From: Octopus sinensis
Taxonomy: Eukaryota
Direction: 5' to 3'
DNA length: 64,000 nucleotides
Assembly (NCBI RefSeq): GCF_006345805.1
Contig: NC_043002.1
Span: 36,146,001 to 36,210,000 of the forward strand
The notes under the pieces are model-generated. The model did no database searches. It saw only the letters and a program-made list of their open reading frames with translations, and was not told where the DNA came from. Within the stretch, counting starts at the first letter, position 1. Each line of letters opens with the position of its first letter. Below are positions 1 through 13,555 of this stretch, piece after piece. Both the position numbers and the translations under genes were made by a program.

Positions 1-40
1 TACAAACACACACACACACAACAAGCTTCCATTCAGTTTC

Positions 41-266
41 CTATTTCCTTATTGCCCACAAGGGGCTAAACATAGAGGGGACAAACAAGGACAGATAAAG
101 GGATTAAGTCAATTACATCAACCCAAGTGCGTAACTAGTACTTAATTTATCGACCCTGAAAGGATAAAAAGCAAAGTTGGCCTCGGCGGAATTTGAACTC
201 AGAACGTAGCGGCAGACGAAATACCGCTAAGCATTTTGCCCAGCGTGCTAACGATTCTGCCAGCTC
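41..266 (-). mobile_element. tRNA-derived SINE with a 16-bp target-site duplication, nested in an older SINE
   Basis: GCTTCCATTCAGTTTC at 25-40 and 267-282; B-box-like GAGTTCAAATTCC; other copies near 2750, 34900 and 56535. Confidence 0.85.
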
Positions 267-459
267 GCTTCCATTCAGTTTCTGTCTACCAAAGTCACTC
301 ACAAGGTATCAGTTGGCTCAAGGCTATAGTAGAAAATACTTGCCCAAGATGCCACAGGGTGGGACTCAACCTGCTGGCAAAGTGAGCCTCAAGACAGCCA
401 AGTTTGCACTTAAATATAATACATTACTAGAACCATAGATATTCCATTTTACTTAGGTC

Positions 460-840
460 TGCGATAGGAAGGGCATTCAGTAATCTGAATAATGCTTCCT
501 GGTGCTATATAAATTAACTGGCACTCAGTGATTAATGATGATGAGGGTTCCAGTTGATCTGATCAACAGAACAGCCTGCTCATGAAATTAATGTGCAAGT
601 GGCTGAGCACTCCACAGACATGCATACCCTTAACATAGTTCCTTGGAAGATACAGCATGATACAAAATGTAACAAGGCTGGCTCTTTGAAATACAGTACA
701 ACTCGTTTTTGACAGCTGAGTGGACTGGAGCAACATGAAATAAATAGTCTTGCTCAAGGACACAATGTGCCACCAAGAATTGAACTTATAACCTTACAAT
801 TGTGAGCTGAATACCCTAACCACTAAGCCATGCGCATTCA
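460..840 (-). mobile_element. tRNA-derived SINE, second family
   Basis: tRNA-like head (GGTTAGGGTATTCAGCTC...GGTTATAAGTTCAATTC) on the minus strand; related pieces near 1280-1390 and 31780-31880. Confidence 0.6.
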
Positions 841-1751
841 CTGGTGCTATATGCTTTCTTATAAGAAGGCAACAAGTGTCTGTAGACATGTCCTCAACAA
901 AACATACATGTTAAATGAATTAATGTGTCAACAATATGAAATACTCATCTATGAGTTTTGTTTTGTAATTTCAATTGTTTTCATTACTTCTCATTACCTA
1001 TCCATGATTTGGATGATTTGCTATACAACTGTCCCTTATCCATGTCTAGTCTAGTCTAGTGGTGGTCTGCCCTTGGGCAGGTCCTGTGCATGTGAGCCTT
1101 CTCTAGTACTTTTTATATGATCTGGGAGGATTACAGGAATTTCAGCTACCATGACTAGATTTGGGATGGATACTGGAGTGGCTTCTCTTTGCCTTCTCCA
1201 GGCAGCTGGGATTTGAACTCAGAACTTAGGAAGCCAGAAGATATACCAAAAGGCATTTTCTGCTAATGCACCACTCTTCTACTTGCAGAGCAATGTGAAA
1301 TGAAGTGTTTTTCTCAAGAACAAAACATGCTGCCAGTCTGGGAATTGAACCCATGATCTAGCAATTGTGAGTGCAACACCCTAACCACCAGGCTACACAC
1401 ATTTACCTTATTCAGGTATAATGGAAGAAATTTAGTAGAAAATAAAGACAGTAAAATTTGGTGAAATAGCATTATACTCATGTGTAAAAAAAAAAGCGAA
1501 AATAACTGTTAACTCAAGAAAATGAAGATACTGAAGGTGATAAACCCATGACATCTAATGCCTAATGTTTATTCTTCATTATTTACAGATATCAAACAAT
1601 ATATGCATAGAAAATGCATCCTACAGAGAGTATAACTGCAATTTAGTGAGACTTTTTTCCTATGTTTTGTAACTTCAAACTATTTGGTTGGTTGGCAGAA
1701 GAACCAAAATCTGAGTGATGCCCAAATGCAAAAATAATTTTTAAATATTAA

Positions 1752-1972
1752 CCCTTTCATTACTGTATTTATTTTGAGATGCTCTGTGTTTCTTTCAATT
1801 ATTTTAAATATAACAAAGAATTTAGAAAAATGACTTAGTTATCATTTAGCTAGTGTTAGGAACATGAATTGTGACTAAGGTTTGGTGGAAGATTTTAATT
1901 TAAAACTTATGGAAACAAAATATTTGTACTACAGAGTCAGAGCTGGTTTCAGCCGGGTTGGTAACGAAAGGG
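1752..1972. mobile_element. piggyBac-like MITE
   Basis: TTAA|CCCTTTCATTAC...GTAACGAAAGGG|TTAA. Confidence 0.75.
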
Positions 1973-4645
1973 TTAACAAACAAAATCTCCATCACATCAC
2001 ATGCTACCTTCTTCATAAAAGGAAGTGTCCACTTTGGATTATGTAGTTCTAGAGGCATTATGTCTGAAAATAATGAGACAGGGTAGTTATGACTGGAGTA
2101 CTTTTGATCATAGTTCTGCTAAGACATAATAATAATAGCTTCCCAAATGACCTATTAGTTGAGTATAATGTGACATGAAACCACACCCTGGAAGCAACAA
2201 AAGTCTGGGTGCACTCCACACCATACACACACACACAAATATAGTACATGAATATATGTATGGATATATGTGTGTATTCAAGACTAGAAAATTTACAATG
2301 ACATACATATACATAAATTTTGATACCTATTCTTCATAATAATGAACTAGGAGTATTTAAAGCATGGACATTTTGTATAATTATCCTGTTTCAACATTAC
2401 AATAAAAAAAGGAAATCTCTAATAAAAAAAATCATAACAAAAAATATGAGTCATGTTTCTCCTACATGTTTCTCCTGTCTTATGCATTCATAAAATGTGT
2501 CTCAATTATTTTGGTAGTTATCTTTGCAGATTATTTTACTTTATCATATAATAACCTTCGTGAGAAACATAAAACATGGTATACCATCCCTTCTTACAAG
2601 AGGAAATATTTAGAGATAATAACTGCTGCTGCTGAAATAATTTCACATTCTAATCAGCAGCTATAAAATATCTAATCTTAAAGTAAATTTTGTTACTTGA
2701 TATTATCTGAAGGAAGTTGTTCTTAATGACACAAACAAGAGCAGCAAGCAGGCAGAACTGTTAGCATGCCAGGCAAAATGCTTTGTGACATTTCATCCAT
2801 CTGTACATTCTGAGTTCAAATTCTTCCAAGACTGACTTTGCCTTTTATCCATGTAGGGTTAATAAAATAAGTACCGGTTGAAAACTGATGGCAATGTAAT
2901 TGAAAGACTCCTTCTTCAAAATTGCTGGCCTTGTGCCAAAATTTGAAACTAATATGACATATAAAGCATTATTGAAAATGTCTGACTGTTGTCTGTATGT
3001 CTGTCTGTCTGCCTGTCTAAATTGATAGACAGATAGACAGACAGACAGATAAAAGGTTGATAAATAGATAAATAGCATCTCAATATACACCATCTTCCCT
3101 GTGTTTGTTCCCATTATGGCCCTTGCTGAATTAACTTAATCTTTACCTGAGTTTAGTTCAAGCTGTTAGATAACTTGGAAGGCATGGTCAAGTGATTAAG
3201 AAATTTGCTTCCCCATCACATGGTTTCAGTTTCAGTCACACTGCCTGGCACTTTAGGCAAGTGTCTTTTACTATAACTCCAAGCCAACCAAAGACTTGAG
3301 TAGATAAGTAGATGGAAACTGAAAGAAACCTGTCGTGTGTGTGTGTGTGTGTGCATGGGAGTATGTATGTTACTGACTTCATGTCTTGAGGTCAGGTGAA
3401 ATAAGAGATGTCCTTCATTTCCAATCTTCCATAAAAACATGTTCGACCATGGGAAAATATTACTTGGAAACAGGTGAGAGGTGGTGACAGGTAGAGCACC
3501 CAAGTGTAGATAATCTGCCTTATTGAATTGCAACCAACCCATGTGAGCATGGAAAAATGCATGTTAAAATGATGATGTTAATGATGTACATACATACATA
3601 TATTTTAACACACTCACATATATATATATATACAAGCAGGCATTATGTTTGTGTGCATGTGTATGTGTGAACATATATATATATATATAGATAAAACTTA
3701 CTTGGAAAAGGATGTGTGGTGTTTGATCACATAATAATAATAAAAATAATATATAAATATATGCATATATACATACATATATGTAGGTATGTACATTTAT
3801 ATATGTATATATGCATATATATATATATGTGTGTGTGTGTGAGTGTCTGTGTGTGTGTGTGTGTGTGTGAGCTTACACAAACACAGACATGCAAGCACAT
3901 GAATATATATATATATATTCACAAACACACTTACAAATCATTGTGTATCATAACGTAGAAAGATAATGTTTTATGCGTATGTGAGTTATCTTTATTTTCT
4001 CAGAAAAAGAAATACATAGTTTAACTGAAGGTTACTTTTCCATTACATAATGGGAAATATAAAAGCTGCTATGTTAGTTTATATTGTATATACAGTACTA
4101 AAGCTTATAAATAAAACTAACTAAAACTAATCAAGTCCAAAATTTCACTTTTAAGTTGGTGTTAACATATTAATTTGTACAACAGAAAATATATAACACT
4201 GTGTAAGAATATTTTTAGTTTAGTTTGTTTAGTCTTTGTCAGTAAGTGTTATTTCTTAGTTCTTCTATCTAGAAATCAAAGGAAATAACTACTATTCCTT
4301 TTAAACATTGCTTTTGTGACCTGGACATCAATGTTTTGACACTGATCTATTTTCAACACGCAATAAGCACCATTCATGCATGGCTCCCCATGCTGGTGGC
4401 ACGTAAAAAGCACCATCCAAACGTGGCCAATGCCAGTGCTGCCTGACTGGCCCCCATGCTGGTTGCATGTAAAAAGCACCCACTGCACTCTCGGAGTGGT
4501 TGGCATTAGGAAGAGCATCCAGCTGTAGAAACATTGCCAGATCAGATTGGAGCTTAGTGCCGCCTCCTGGCTTGCCAGTCCCCAGTCAAACCATCCAACC
4601 CATGCCAGCATGGAAAACGGACATTAAACGATGATGGTGGTTGTG

Positions 4646-4681
<36 letters not shown>

Positions 4682-6099
4682 TAAGACAGATTCAGTGCCG
4701 AGTTGCTTTAAGCAGAAATATCATTATACGAAATATTCTACTCAATGCCACAGGTTTGCTTGTCTTTAACCGCTTGAACATGTTCCTTAGTGACTGACAA
4801 TATGTGCATCTCTGGTGATGAGCAGAAGTAGTGGGGAAGCATCATAGCTATGTGTTGAGAGGGATTCTTTGGAGTTTGAATAAATGTAACAAAAAACAAA
4901 GTTTGAAGGAAATATTAGCCATTTTTCATACTTTAAAGGGGTAAGCAAGGGGAAAATAAAATTACTACCCAAGGACGAAAATCATGTTACACAGTGTAAT
5001 CTTGTGTCATTTCCTCAATGGTTCTTTGATTGCTTCTTCAGCCAGTACATTGAATTCTTCACTGAATTACTCTGAATATGATAAAAACATAACAGGAATT
5101 GTTTCGTTATGGTTGCCTGAAAAATGTCTGTTATAGGCATAGGCATGGTTGTATCATAGGAAGATTTAGGATAAAAAATGTCAAAGGTTACCTTTTGGGC
5201 TCAAACCTACATTTCTTGTAGGCATGACAAATGGTCTACCATTAATTCTTGTTTTGGAATAATGGTCCTTGAAGTACATCTCATACAGCTATAAAGAATA
5301 ACATGTAAATATCAAGGTGAAGAAATATGATAGAAGAATAAATTTCTAAAATTCTTATAATGTCAACAACAAACAATTATCATTGGTAAGAATAAAGTTT
5401 CTAAAATGAATAAAGAAATTTGAAGGATTGCTTTTGTCCAATGGTAGAATGTCTATCATATCTACAAGAGTTATGAGTTTAAGTCCCATATATAGTCTTT
5501 GACTTCTTTCTATCCAAAAGGGGTTTTCTACTCAATATTTATATTTTGACAAGTCTCTTAACCTGTTGGGGGTCGTTGGGGGCGCTGCAATGTGACTCTG
5601 TGTTTCCTGTTCATGGTATGGACAATGTGATCTGCACATGTTATGGACAATGTGCTCCTTGGTTTCCTGCAGATGATATGGTCATGGTTGAAATACCTTT
5701 AATCATAAGTTTGCTCTGTCAACCACCACCACAAATGACAACAATACAGCTATGAATGCTAAAAACAATTCAACTACTAACACCAATACAACCACAATTA
5801 ACATAATCACCAACATTAACATAACTAACACTAATACTACCAACAACAGATTCCTCAGTACTAACATAACCAACCCTAATAGTAAATAAAAGGAAGTAAT
5901 TAAATTACTGAGAAAAAGAAAGCAATATTTCAAATATAAATTTAAAATGCAGTGTGTCAAAAAAAAGGATAAACACAATGAATGATTATGAAGTCAGTGT
6001 TTATTGAAATATTTTTCATTTACAAAATTTAAAAGATTGAATTTTATTTTATTTATGAATGTCTGTTTTCAAACTGATGACCATTCTGGTCCAGGCACC

Positions 6100-6700
6100 A
6101 CTGATAATGTGAAGCTATGGAATTGCAAACATCAAGAAATATTTCTCTCAGTCTTCGTGGGTATTCTCATTCAACTGTAGCCAGTTTTGTACTGTAAACT
6201 TTATCTTATAATTATCCCCTTAAAAAAAGTCTAGTGGTGAGTGCAGAGGGTGTACTACTGAATCTCTTCATCCAATCCACTTATTTGACAAATTCTCATC
6301 AAGGTAGGCTCTTATATTACTGTGGAAATGTGAGAGAGACCCATCTTGCTGGAGGCAAAACTCCATTTCTTTAAAGTCCTCTTGAATGCTTATCATGACC
6401 AATTGTCACAGAATGTTCAAGTAAATGGGATCAACCACAATACCATCAAAATGATAAGCTGCACCATAATGTAACACCCGTTAAATTAACTTGATGTTCT
6501 TCCATAATATGTGGATTCCCAAGTTCCCAGAAGGTGCATCAGTGGAAGTTAATTAAATCATTTAATTTAAATGTAGCTGCATCATTCCAAACAAAACTCC
6601 ACTCTTCAGTCTGGACCATCTTCTCTGAGAGCATGGACAATTCTTGAAATGGTACTTTTCCAATGACAGTGTTTCAAAATGTGTTGGATGCTTGATTTTG
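6100..6700 (-). mobile_element. Degenerate Tc1/mariner transposase fragment
   Basis: Minus strand gives VWNDAATFKLN, LQQDGSLSHFH...RAYLDE...KWIG, DKVYSTK; same type as 37737-38952. Confidence 0.7.
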
Positions 6701-7089
6701 AAATTTATATCTCATGACTTAGTGCACAGATTTTCTTGAATTTTAACAATACATTTCTAATACACTTCCTTGTTTTATAGGGCTTGTTGATAACCACATC
6801 TTCCACAATGTTTCTTGTGGATATTCTGGACAGTTCTATAAGCTTTGAACTTATCTCAAATCCGAGTGATAAGTGATAATACATTCTTAATCTATCATTG
6901 CAATATGATTTATTTATTTGTTGTCTTCTTTCATTACTGATGTGTGTGAGGGTAAGGTGGTTTGTCTTTTTATCAAAAGATAAAGCATTTTCTTGTAAAT
7001 TTGTTGATAAGTAAACTGTTTCCGGATTGAAAAACATAAATAGACAAGAAACAATTTTTCACCTCAACTAAGCAACTACAACAGCCACA

Positions 7090-7165
7090 ATGGCTCTCAG
7101 TATTGTAGCAGTTTATTTAAGTGTATGCCTCGCCATCTTTACTGGAAATGCACTTGGTAGGAGAG
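7090..7165 (+). CDS. 4xVWA secreted protein, coding exon 1 (signal peptide MALSIVAVYLSVCLAIFTGNALGRR)
   Basis: ATG in strong Kozak context (GCCACAATGG); hydrophobic stretch ending in A-L-G; donor AG|GTAAG after 7165 (phase 1) joins in frame to 12081. Absent from the ORF track. Confidence 0.85.
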
Positions 7166-8849
7166 GTAAGCAAATATGAAAATTTAATAATCTTGTTTTA
7201 CACACGCACACACACACAAACACGCATGCAAACACACACACACACCACACACACACACAAACACACATACAAACACACACACACACACACATGGACGCAC
7301 GCACACACACATACACACGCGCACACACACACACTGCTATACTACTCCTCAAGCTCCACCAATAACTATCAACTGTTTGATGACTTCATTTTATGTAGTA
7401 AAGGCATCTATTTTACTTCTCCTTTCTCTGAAATCATCATTCTTCAATATTATTTCTACAAACTCTCGTGCACCTCCTACACTATTGCTGCTGAGACAGA
7501 GGCTGAATTATTTCTTAACCCCAACTTTTCATATCCCAAAAAACACAATGACACACTAAATATCTGTGATGTGGTTCTTATTTTCCAACTAAATCTTTAC
7601 CAAATCTTTGTTTTGTATCAGAGCATTTGATTGTGGGAGAAATGATGGGTATTCTGTCAGTTTTGCCAATATTTCATTCAGCATTTTTTATCAACTGAAC
7701 CACCTGCTCATTAAATTGATGTGTAAATGGCTGAGTGCTCCAGAGACATGCTTAATCTTAGTTTAATTATCAAGCTAAACCATTTTGACACAATATATAA
7801 AGCCGGCATTCTGAAACACGGTTAAACTCCATCCAGCTGGATGGAGTTTCAGTATATTGTTTGGGTCAAGCTGAGGCAATGGTGAAAGATGCTTGTTCAC
7901 AATGTCACACCTTGAGATTGAGCTTAGGACCTTTTAATTAAGAAGTGAATTTCTTAACCACTTGGCCACGTCTATATTCACAGCAACACATTTTGTTAAA
8001 TGAGTGCAAAAAAAAAAAAAACTCTGTTCCTATACATGTTCTTTCACGTCCATCCTACAATGAATGCTCATGACCACAGAACCTAAAGTAGTTTACTCAC
8101 AACTCTGCCAATCTGTTGCCAACACTCGAGGTACTATTCAGAGTCATACCAAGAGGAGGTTGATAGGAGGCAGTTTCCCTTGAGTACAGGTATAAAGGGG
8201 CACAAAATTCCATTTGGCCTATCAGACACATTAATTATGGTGGAAGGAACAAAACGGGATTTTGCCATCAGGGGCTGAGAACCCTTGTTATCACACTCAT
8301 ACTATTACACACATCAATATCCTTGACTGAATCACAAAGAAACTCATTCAACTGACTGGTAAGGAGTCCTCCACCAATATACTACAACTACTAGCTCAAA
8401 AATACGCTATTTCATCCTTTAGCTTCTTCTACTGCTATTACAATTGACATTGTTATTCTTAATTGGCTAGCTCCATATCCTCTCCACCCAACTCATCCAT
8501 CTCTCCTTTTCCACCATTACACTCTGTGACTCATTTCTCATTATTCTTAGTGTATTTTACTCCCATACCATGCACAGAGACTCAAATTTACCCAGTATTT
8601 TCTCCTTCAAATAGTATTTGTCTATTATTCCCTCCTTACCTGAAATTTTCCTGTGGTTATTTAATCTAAGATTGTGTTGGGATTAAACCAGATATTTTGT
8701 TGTACAGGCATTGCAACCATTAAAACATAAGTACATACATTCAGTTTTAATTCATTCTTTTATAATAATAATAAATGCAATTTCAATGTGTCATTATTTC
8801 TTGTAGTTACTTGCCATCTCCTTAGTGAGGTTCAGCCCCTCTCTCCCTC

Positions 8850-9340
8850 CTTAGTTAGGTATAGAAGAAGAGGTTGTGTTCATGTTCATTACAATACTGG
8901 TGAAATTTATGCCATTAATGTTATGCAGGAAAGACATGTTCTGAGTGAGGTAATACCAAAAGTTTGATAGTGCTGGGAGAATGTCTTCAATGTATTTATT
9001 AGCGCATGGCCCTGGTGGGGCTAAAGTTGGGTGATGGGAAGAGGTGATATGAGATCATCCAGCTCTGAGAAGTAATAACCATTACAGTACCTGTAGAAAA
9101 TCTACATCTGGATGTTAGAGACTGACATATATTTGTGAGTAACTTTATACCAATCAGGTGAGTGGCCTTTCTCTGGAAGCAAATTAGGATAACAGGGTTT
9201 TGTAGCAGCCACACAGTCACACTTATAGGAGCAGTATTCCATTGCAAGTTCTACAAAAGCTTTGTAAAGAAATAATAGTTAGTGGGGCTGGAATATTTTT
9301 TGGCTCTGAGAAAAAAAGCTACTGTCTGAGATGAATTTTG
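8850..9340 (-). mobile_element. Eroded L2/CR1-like LINE 3' RT fragment
   Basis: LYKAFVELAMEYCS...FYRYCNGYYFSEL resembles the C-terminus of L2/CR1-group ORF2. Confidence 0.55.
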
Positions 9341-9561
9341 CTTTGTTAAGGATATTCACCAGAACCTGTAGAAATGAGTTGCGGCATCACTAGTACCAAG
9401 CTATATCAGCCTTCGCCTCTCCCTTGGACAACATTTGCGGCATGAAGAAGGGAGAGAGGTATGCATTGGTAACTGCTGCTATTCCACAAACAATCCTGCT
9501 TGGACTTGTATCGCAGAGGGAAACTTTCTAAGTGCCATCTCATGATCATTCATGATCGAAG

Positions 9562-9565
<4 letters not shown>

Positions 9566-9612
<47 letters not shown>
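9566..9612. repeat. (TA)n microsatellite, one of many (TA)n, (CA)n, (TAA)n and (TAG)n tracts
   Basis: Direct reading; other tracts e.g. 3600-3910, 7200-7335, 25985-26045, 35640-35930, 36590-36700, 50130-50180, 51740-51840. Confidence 0.95.
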
Positions 9613-9617
<5 letters not shown>

Positions 9618-10012
9618 CACACATTTTTTACATTTTTCACTAAATATCTAGGCAGCAAAGTCAATTACTTGATCTTTCATGATCAGAAGATGGGGAAAAA
9701 GAATTATACCTACCTACCTAAGTACCAGTCATTTATCAAGGAACAATTTATAAGCCTCTGTTTCACAGATTTCTGGCCTTTTTCACCTCTTAGTTAGGGA
9801 TGTAAGAAAAGTACCCGAACCCTATTTTTTGGGCAGGACATTCAAGACCTGCTGGAGGAAGTGGAGGGAGGGGATTAGTTAACCTCAAACCAGAGACCTG
9901 GCCTAAATGCTTGCAGCAGAATAATTTCTGCCAAAGGCATCTAAGACCAGGTGATGATTTCAGTCAACCTATTCTAAAATTCAGAATGTAAAAAAATGGA
10001 ACAATTACCATA

Positions 10013-10415
10013 GGCACAGGAATGGCTGTGTGGTAAGTAGCTTGCTTACCAACAACATGGTTCTGGGTTCATTCCCACTGCGCGGCACCTTGGGCAAGTG
10101 TCTTCTACTATAACCTCAGGCAGGCCAAAGCCTTATGAGTGGATTTTGTAGACGGAAACTGAATGAAGCCTGTTATGTATATATATATATATATATATGT
10201 ATATGATTGTGTGTCTTGTTTGTCCCCCCAACTTCGTTTGACAACCAATGCTGATGTGTTTATGTCCCTGTCACTTAGCGGTTTGGCAAGAGAAACCAAT
10301 AGAATAAGTACTAGGCATACAAAGAATAAGGCCTGGGGTCAATTTGCTCAACTAAAGGCGGTACTCCAGCATGGCTGCAGTCAAATGACTGAAACAAATA
10401 AAATAATAAAAGAAT
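10013..10415 (+). mobile_element. Full-length tRNA-derived SINE with an internal (TA)/(TG) microsatellite
   Basis: GGCTGTGTGGTAAG A-box and GGTTCATTCCC B-box-like head; many related copies (e.g. 3180, 11250, 25200, 42440, 44490, 44959, 51950, 53760, 57270). Confidence 0.8.
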
Positions 10416-12080
10416 AGGACATCTCATCTAATGCTCAAACAATTCTGCCAATCAAACTATACTGGATTAGTTCTTTATTTCTGGTTGTGAAAGGATGAAG
10501 ATAAAGTTGAACTTGGTAGGATTAGAATTCAGATTGCACAGATCCAGAATAAATACTGCAAAGTATTTTGTCTAAAGACACAAATCAGATTCTGCCAATT
10601 GGCAAATGTTACAAATTATTGTTTTGAAGTTTGCTTTGTTTATCTTTTTCTATCTTATCTTACTATGTAGCTAATAAAATGAATAAAAGGAATAATTGCC
10701 CAATATGTTTTTATCAATTACACATATACTGAACAGTTAGACGTAAATCAGACTTTAATGTTTGAGAAAATAACAGATGTTATCTCTATTTCAATATAAA
10801 AACGTAATTTGTATTTTTAGTTTTCTTCTTTTTTTTATGGTGTTAATCAGGAGGAAGAGCTGAATTCATGATCTCTGTAGGGCTTCTGAGATAAAGTCAG
10901 ATTGATGCAGCTGTGTTCAGTTTGAACTGCTGCTGTAAGACAATGGCTGTAAAAAGGATGTAGATGAGAAGGGAATTTCATAGGGTTGATATTCTTAGGA
11001 GGAAGAGTTGGGTATAGCGTGGAGCCTGGGTGGAGACATACAGTGTGGGTGATAAAAGGAGGAGACATAGGGTAGAGATATCAGATGGAGGTATCATAAA
11101 GGTAGCTAACTTCAAAAAGCAGAGGAACTTTTTATGGTTAACTGCATTTTTCTCCAGATCTTTTGTGTATTTTATATAGTTTCCATTGGAGATATGTAGG
11201 TCATTTGTATTGGGACATGGAATGATCGATTTAATTTACACTGACATAACAGGCATGGCTAGGCAGTTAAGAAGCTTACTTTCCAACAACTTGGTTCCAG
11301 TTTCAGTCACACTCCGTGACACCTTGGGAAAGTATTTTCTACTATAGCCCCAGGTTGACCAAAGCCTTACGAGTAGATTTGGTGAATAGAAACTGAAAGA
11401 ATCCCACAATGTGGGGGGGGGCATAAGTAAATGTGAGTATGTTTGAGTTTATTTGTCTTGACATTGCATGATTGTTGTAAATCATCGATGGTCACTCATC
11501 AGTTCACCAAAACCAACTTTTGAGCATGTTGAAGTTTCACAGTATCCTTCTCCCTCTTTGTATTTCTCACTTGTCTGGCCATTTTTAAACTTCTCAATCC
11601 ATTCATACACGCTTCTATGCAATAGAGCACTGCCCCCATATTGTACTTAAAATTTGCAATGAATTTCAGCCCCTGACACACCTTCAGAGCAGAGAAATTG
11701 GATCAATGACCTTTGTTCTTCCTTGGTGCATATTGCCAGCAGAGTGACCAAAACTGGAGTACATGTAATAGGGTTTATTTTTATACAGAGCTGATAATTC
11801 ACGCTGTCCCTGCTCCAAAATTTTTGTTTTATTCAGATATCTAAACAAAAATGAGAAAATTAGTGTGGATCAAAGTTTAAATGAATACACGCATGCACCT
11901 TGTACATACACACACACACACACACACATACACTCACAAATCTATTGATGGGAAATTGGAAAAGTATATGCTTATGATGAGTACCATGATGATCATGAAG
12001 ATTATCCTTATGATTATAGTTATGATTATTTTTCTTTGATTATCAGTATGATGATTATGAATATTTTTTAACATTTCCAG

Positions 12081-12644
12081 TGTGTCACCCACAACCAACT
12101 GATGTAATTTTTGTTCTGGACACATCTACCAGCATTACTGATCAAGATTACAGAAAAGAACTTGGTTTTGTCTCAGACATTGTCAGTCATCTTACAACCT
12201 TGAATCCAACTGGTGTTGAAGTTGGCCTCTATACATTTTCTGATGCCTTCAAAAATAATATAATCCTTGGTCAGTACCAAAACAAAAACTCTCTCCTAGC
12301 AATTTTAAATGGAATTCAACCCTTACATGGATCTACAAACACACATTTGGTCCTTGAAGATATTCTTAGTAATGGATTTAAAAGCAGCCCCAGGCAAAAC
12401 ACAAAGCGAGTTGTTGTTCTCATTACAGATGGACAATCTGTATTCCAGAAGAAAACTTTCCAGGCTGCACAAGCTTTGCACAATGCTAAAATTGAGGTCC
12501 ACACTGTTGGAGTTGGGGATAATGTTGATCCCAATGAGTTAAGGAGTATTGCATCGCTGAGAAAATACTCACATCTAGTGTCTGATTTTGATTCACTGTC
12601 AGGTGTTGAAAAAAATATAAACGAGTCTATATGTAACATTATTG
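12081..12644 (+). CDS. 4xVWA protein exon 2, VWA domain 1
   Basis: Acceptor tttccAG, donor G|GTAAGT, 564 nt phase 1-1; DVIFVLDTSTS (MIDAS DxSxS), GSTNT, VLITDG; Cys at both domain ends. Confidence 0.95.
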
Positions 12645-13139
12645 GTAAGTGCTATATTTTAAATTTGTTATCATTGTTTTTTTCTTTTTTTGTTTCATAG
12701 CCCTGGTCATTATGCATGAAGTATTGTTGACAATCTGTGTTCCAGCTACAACAGTATTATCAAGTGTGATCCCCTATGATTTAGAATATAAAATATTCAT
12801 TCATTTTAAAAACAGTGAATGATATTTTGCCATGTTAAAATCAAACTTAACATCCATTTGCAATCCCACTCATTGGATCAATATATGGCCTTAACTGTAT
12901 ACTTAATTCCAAAAGCATATAAATACAGAAACCATCATGTTACAAAAATAATGCATTTCTAAACTTGCTGCAACACATGCAACCAAGAACATGAATTGAA
13001 TTTTCCCTTTGATTTTCATGTTATAAAGTTATAATGCATCCCAATGGAATTTTTCAAAAATAACAACAATAAAATCAAGTAAAATGACAACTTTTATGCA
13101 TGAAAACAATTTCTAAACATACATAGATATCAAATTGTT

Positions 13140-13550
13140 GGACTAAGTCATGAAATTAAGAAGAGAGTTAGCCTGGATGAGACGCAGTTTGGTTTTGTGC
13201 CAGAGGTTTTGTACCACTGATGCTATCTTCCTCTGCAGGAGAAGCATTTAACCAAGAATAAATCTCTGTACTTGGCTTTTGTAGACCTAGAGAAAGCCCT
13301 TGATAGTATCCACACTCCCTCATCTAGTGGTCAATGTGGAAGCTAGGGATAGATGAATAGTTAGTGAGAGCTGTATAAGCCATGTACAAGGATGTTGCCA
13401 GTAAGGTGAAGGTCAGCAATGAGTATAACAATGAATTTATGTTAAAGTAGGAGTTCACCAAGGATTGGTTCTCAATCCCCTCTTGTTTATCATTGTCCTC
13501 CAGGCCATAACAGAAGAATTTAAGATTGGCTGCTCTTGAGAGCTCCTTTA
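13140..13550 (+). mobile_element. RTE LINE RT fragment
   Basis: QFGFVP, AFVDLEKA and GVHQGLVLNPLLF-like motifs. Confidence 0.8.
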
Positions 13551-13555
13551 CACTA

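Noticed and set aside
1589-1645. Possible + strand exon (ISNNICIENASYREYNCNL), with another at 2530-2578
   Set aside because: Splice-like signals but no recognisable product or linkage; could be UTR exons or chance.
6705-7037. 110-aa minus-strand ORF
   Set aside because: No domain motif; AT-rich and adjacent to a transposon relic; not supportable as a gene.
7121-7630. 169-aa ORF rich in His/Thr, and similar YI/CV/TH-repeat ORFs throughout the track
   Set aside because: Translations of (CA)n, (TG)n and (TA)n microsatellites; this one overlaps the true signal-peptide exon in another frame.
10013-10090. tRNA gene
   Set aside because: A/B-box-like head continues into a SINE body with many decayed copies; no complete cloverleaf.
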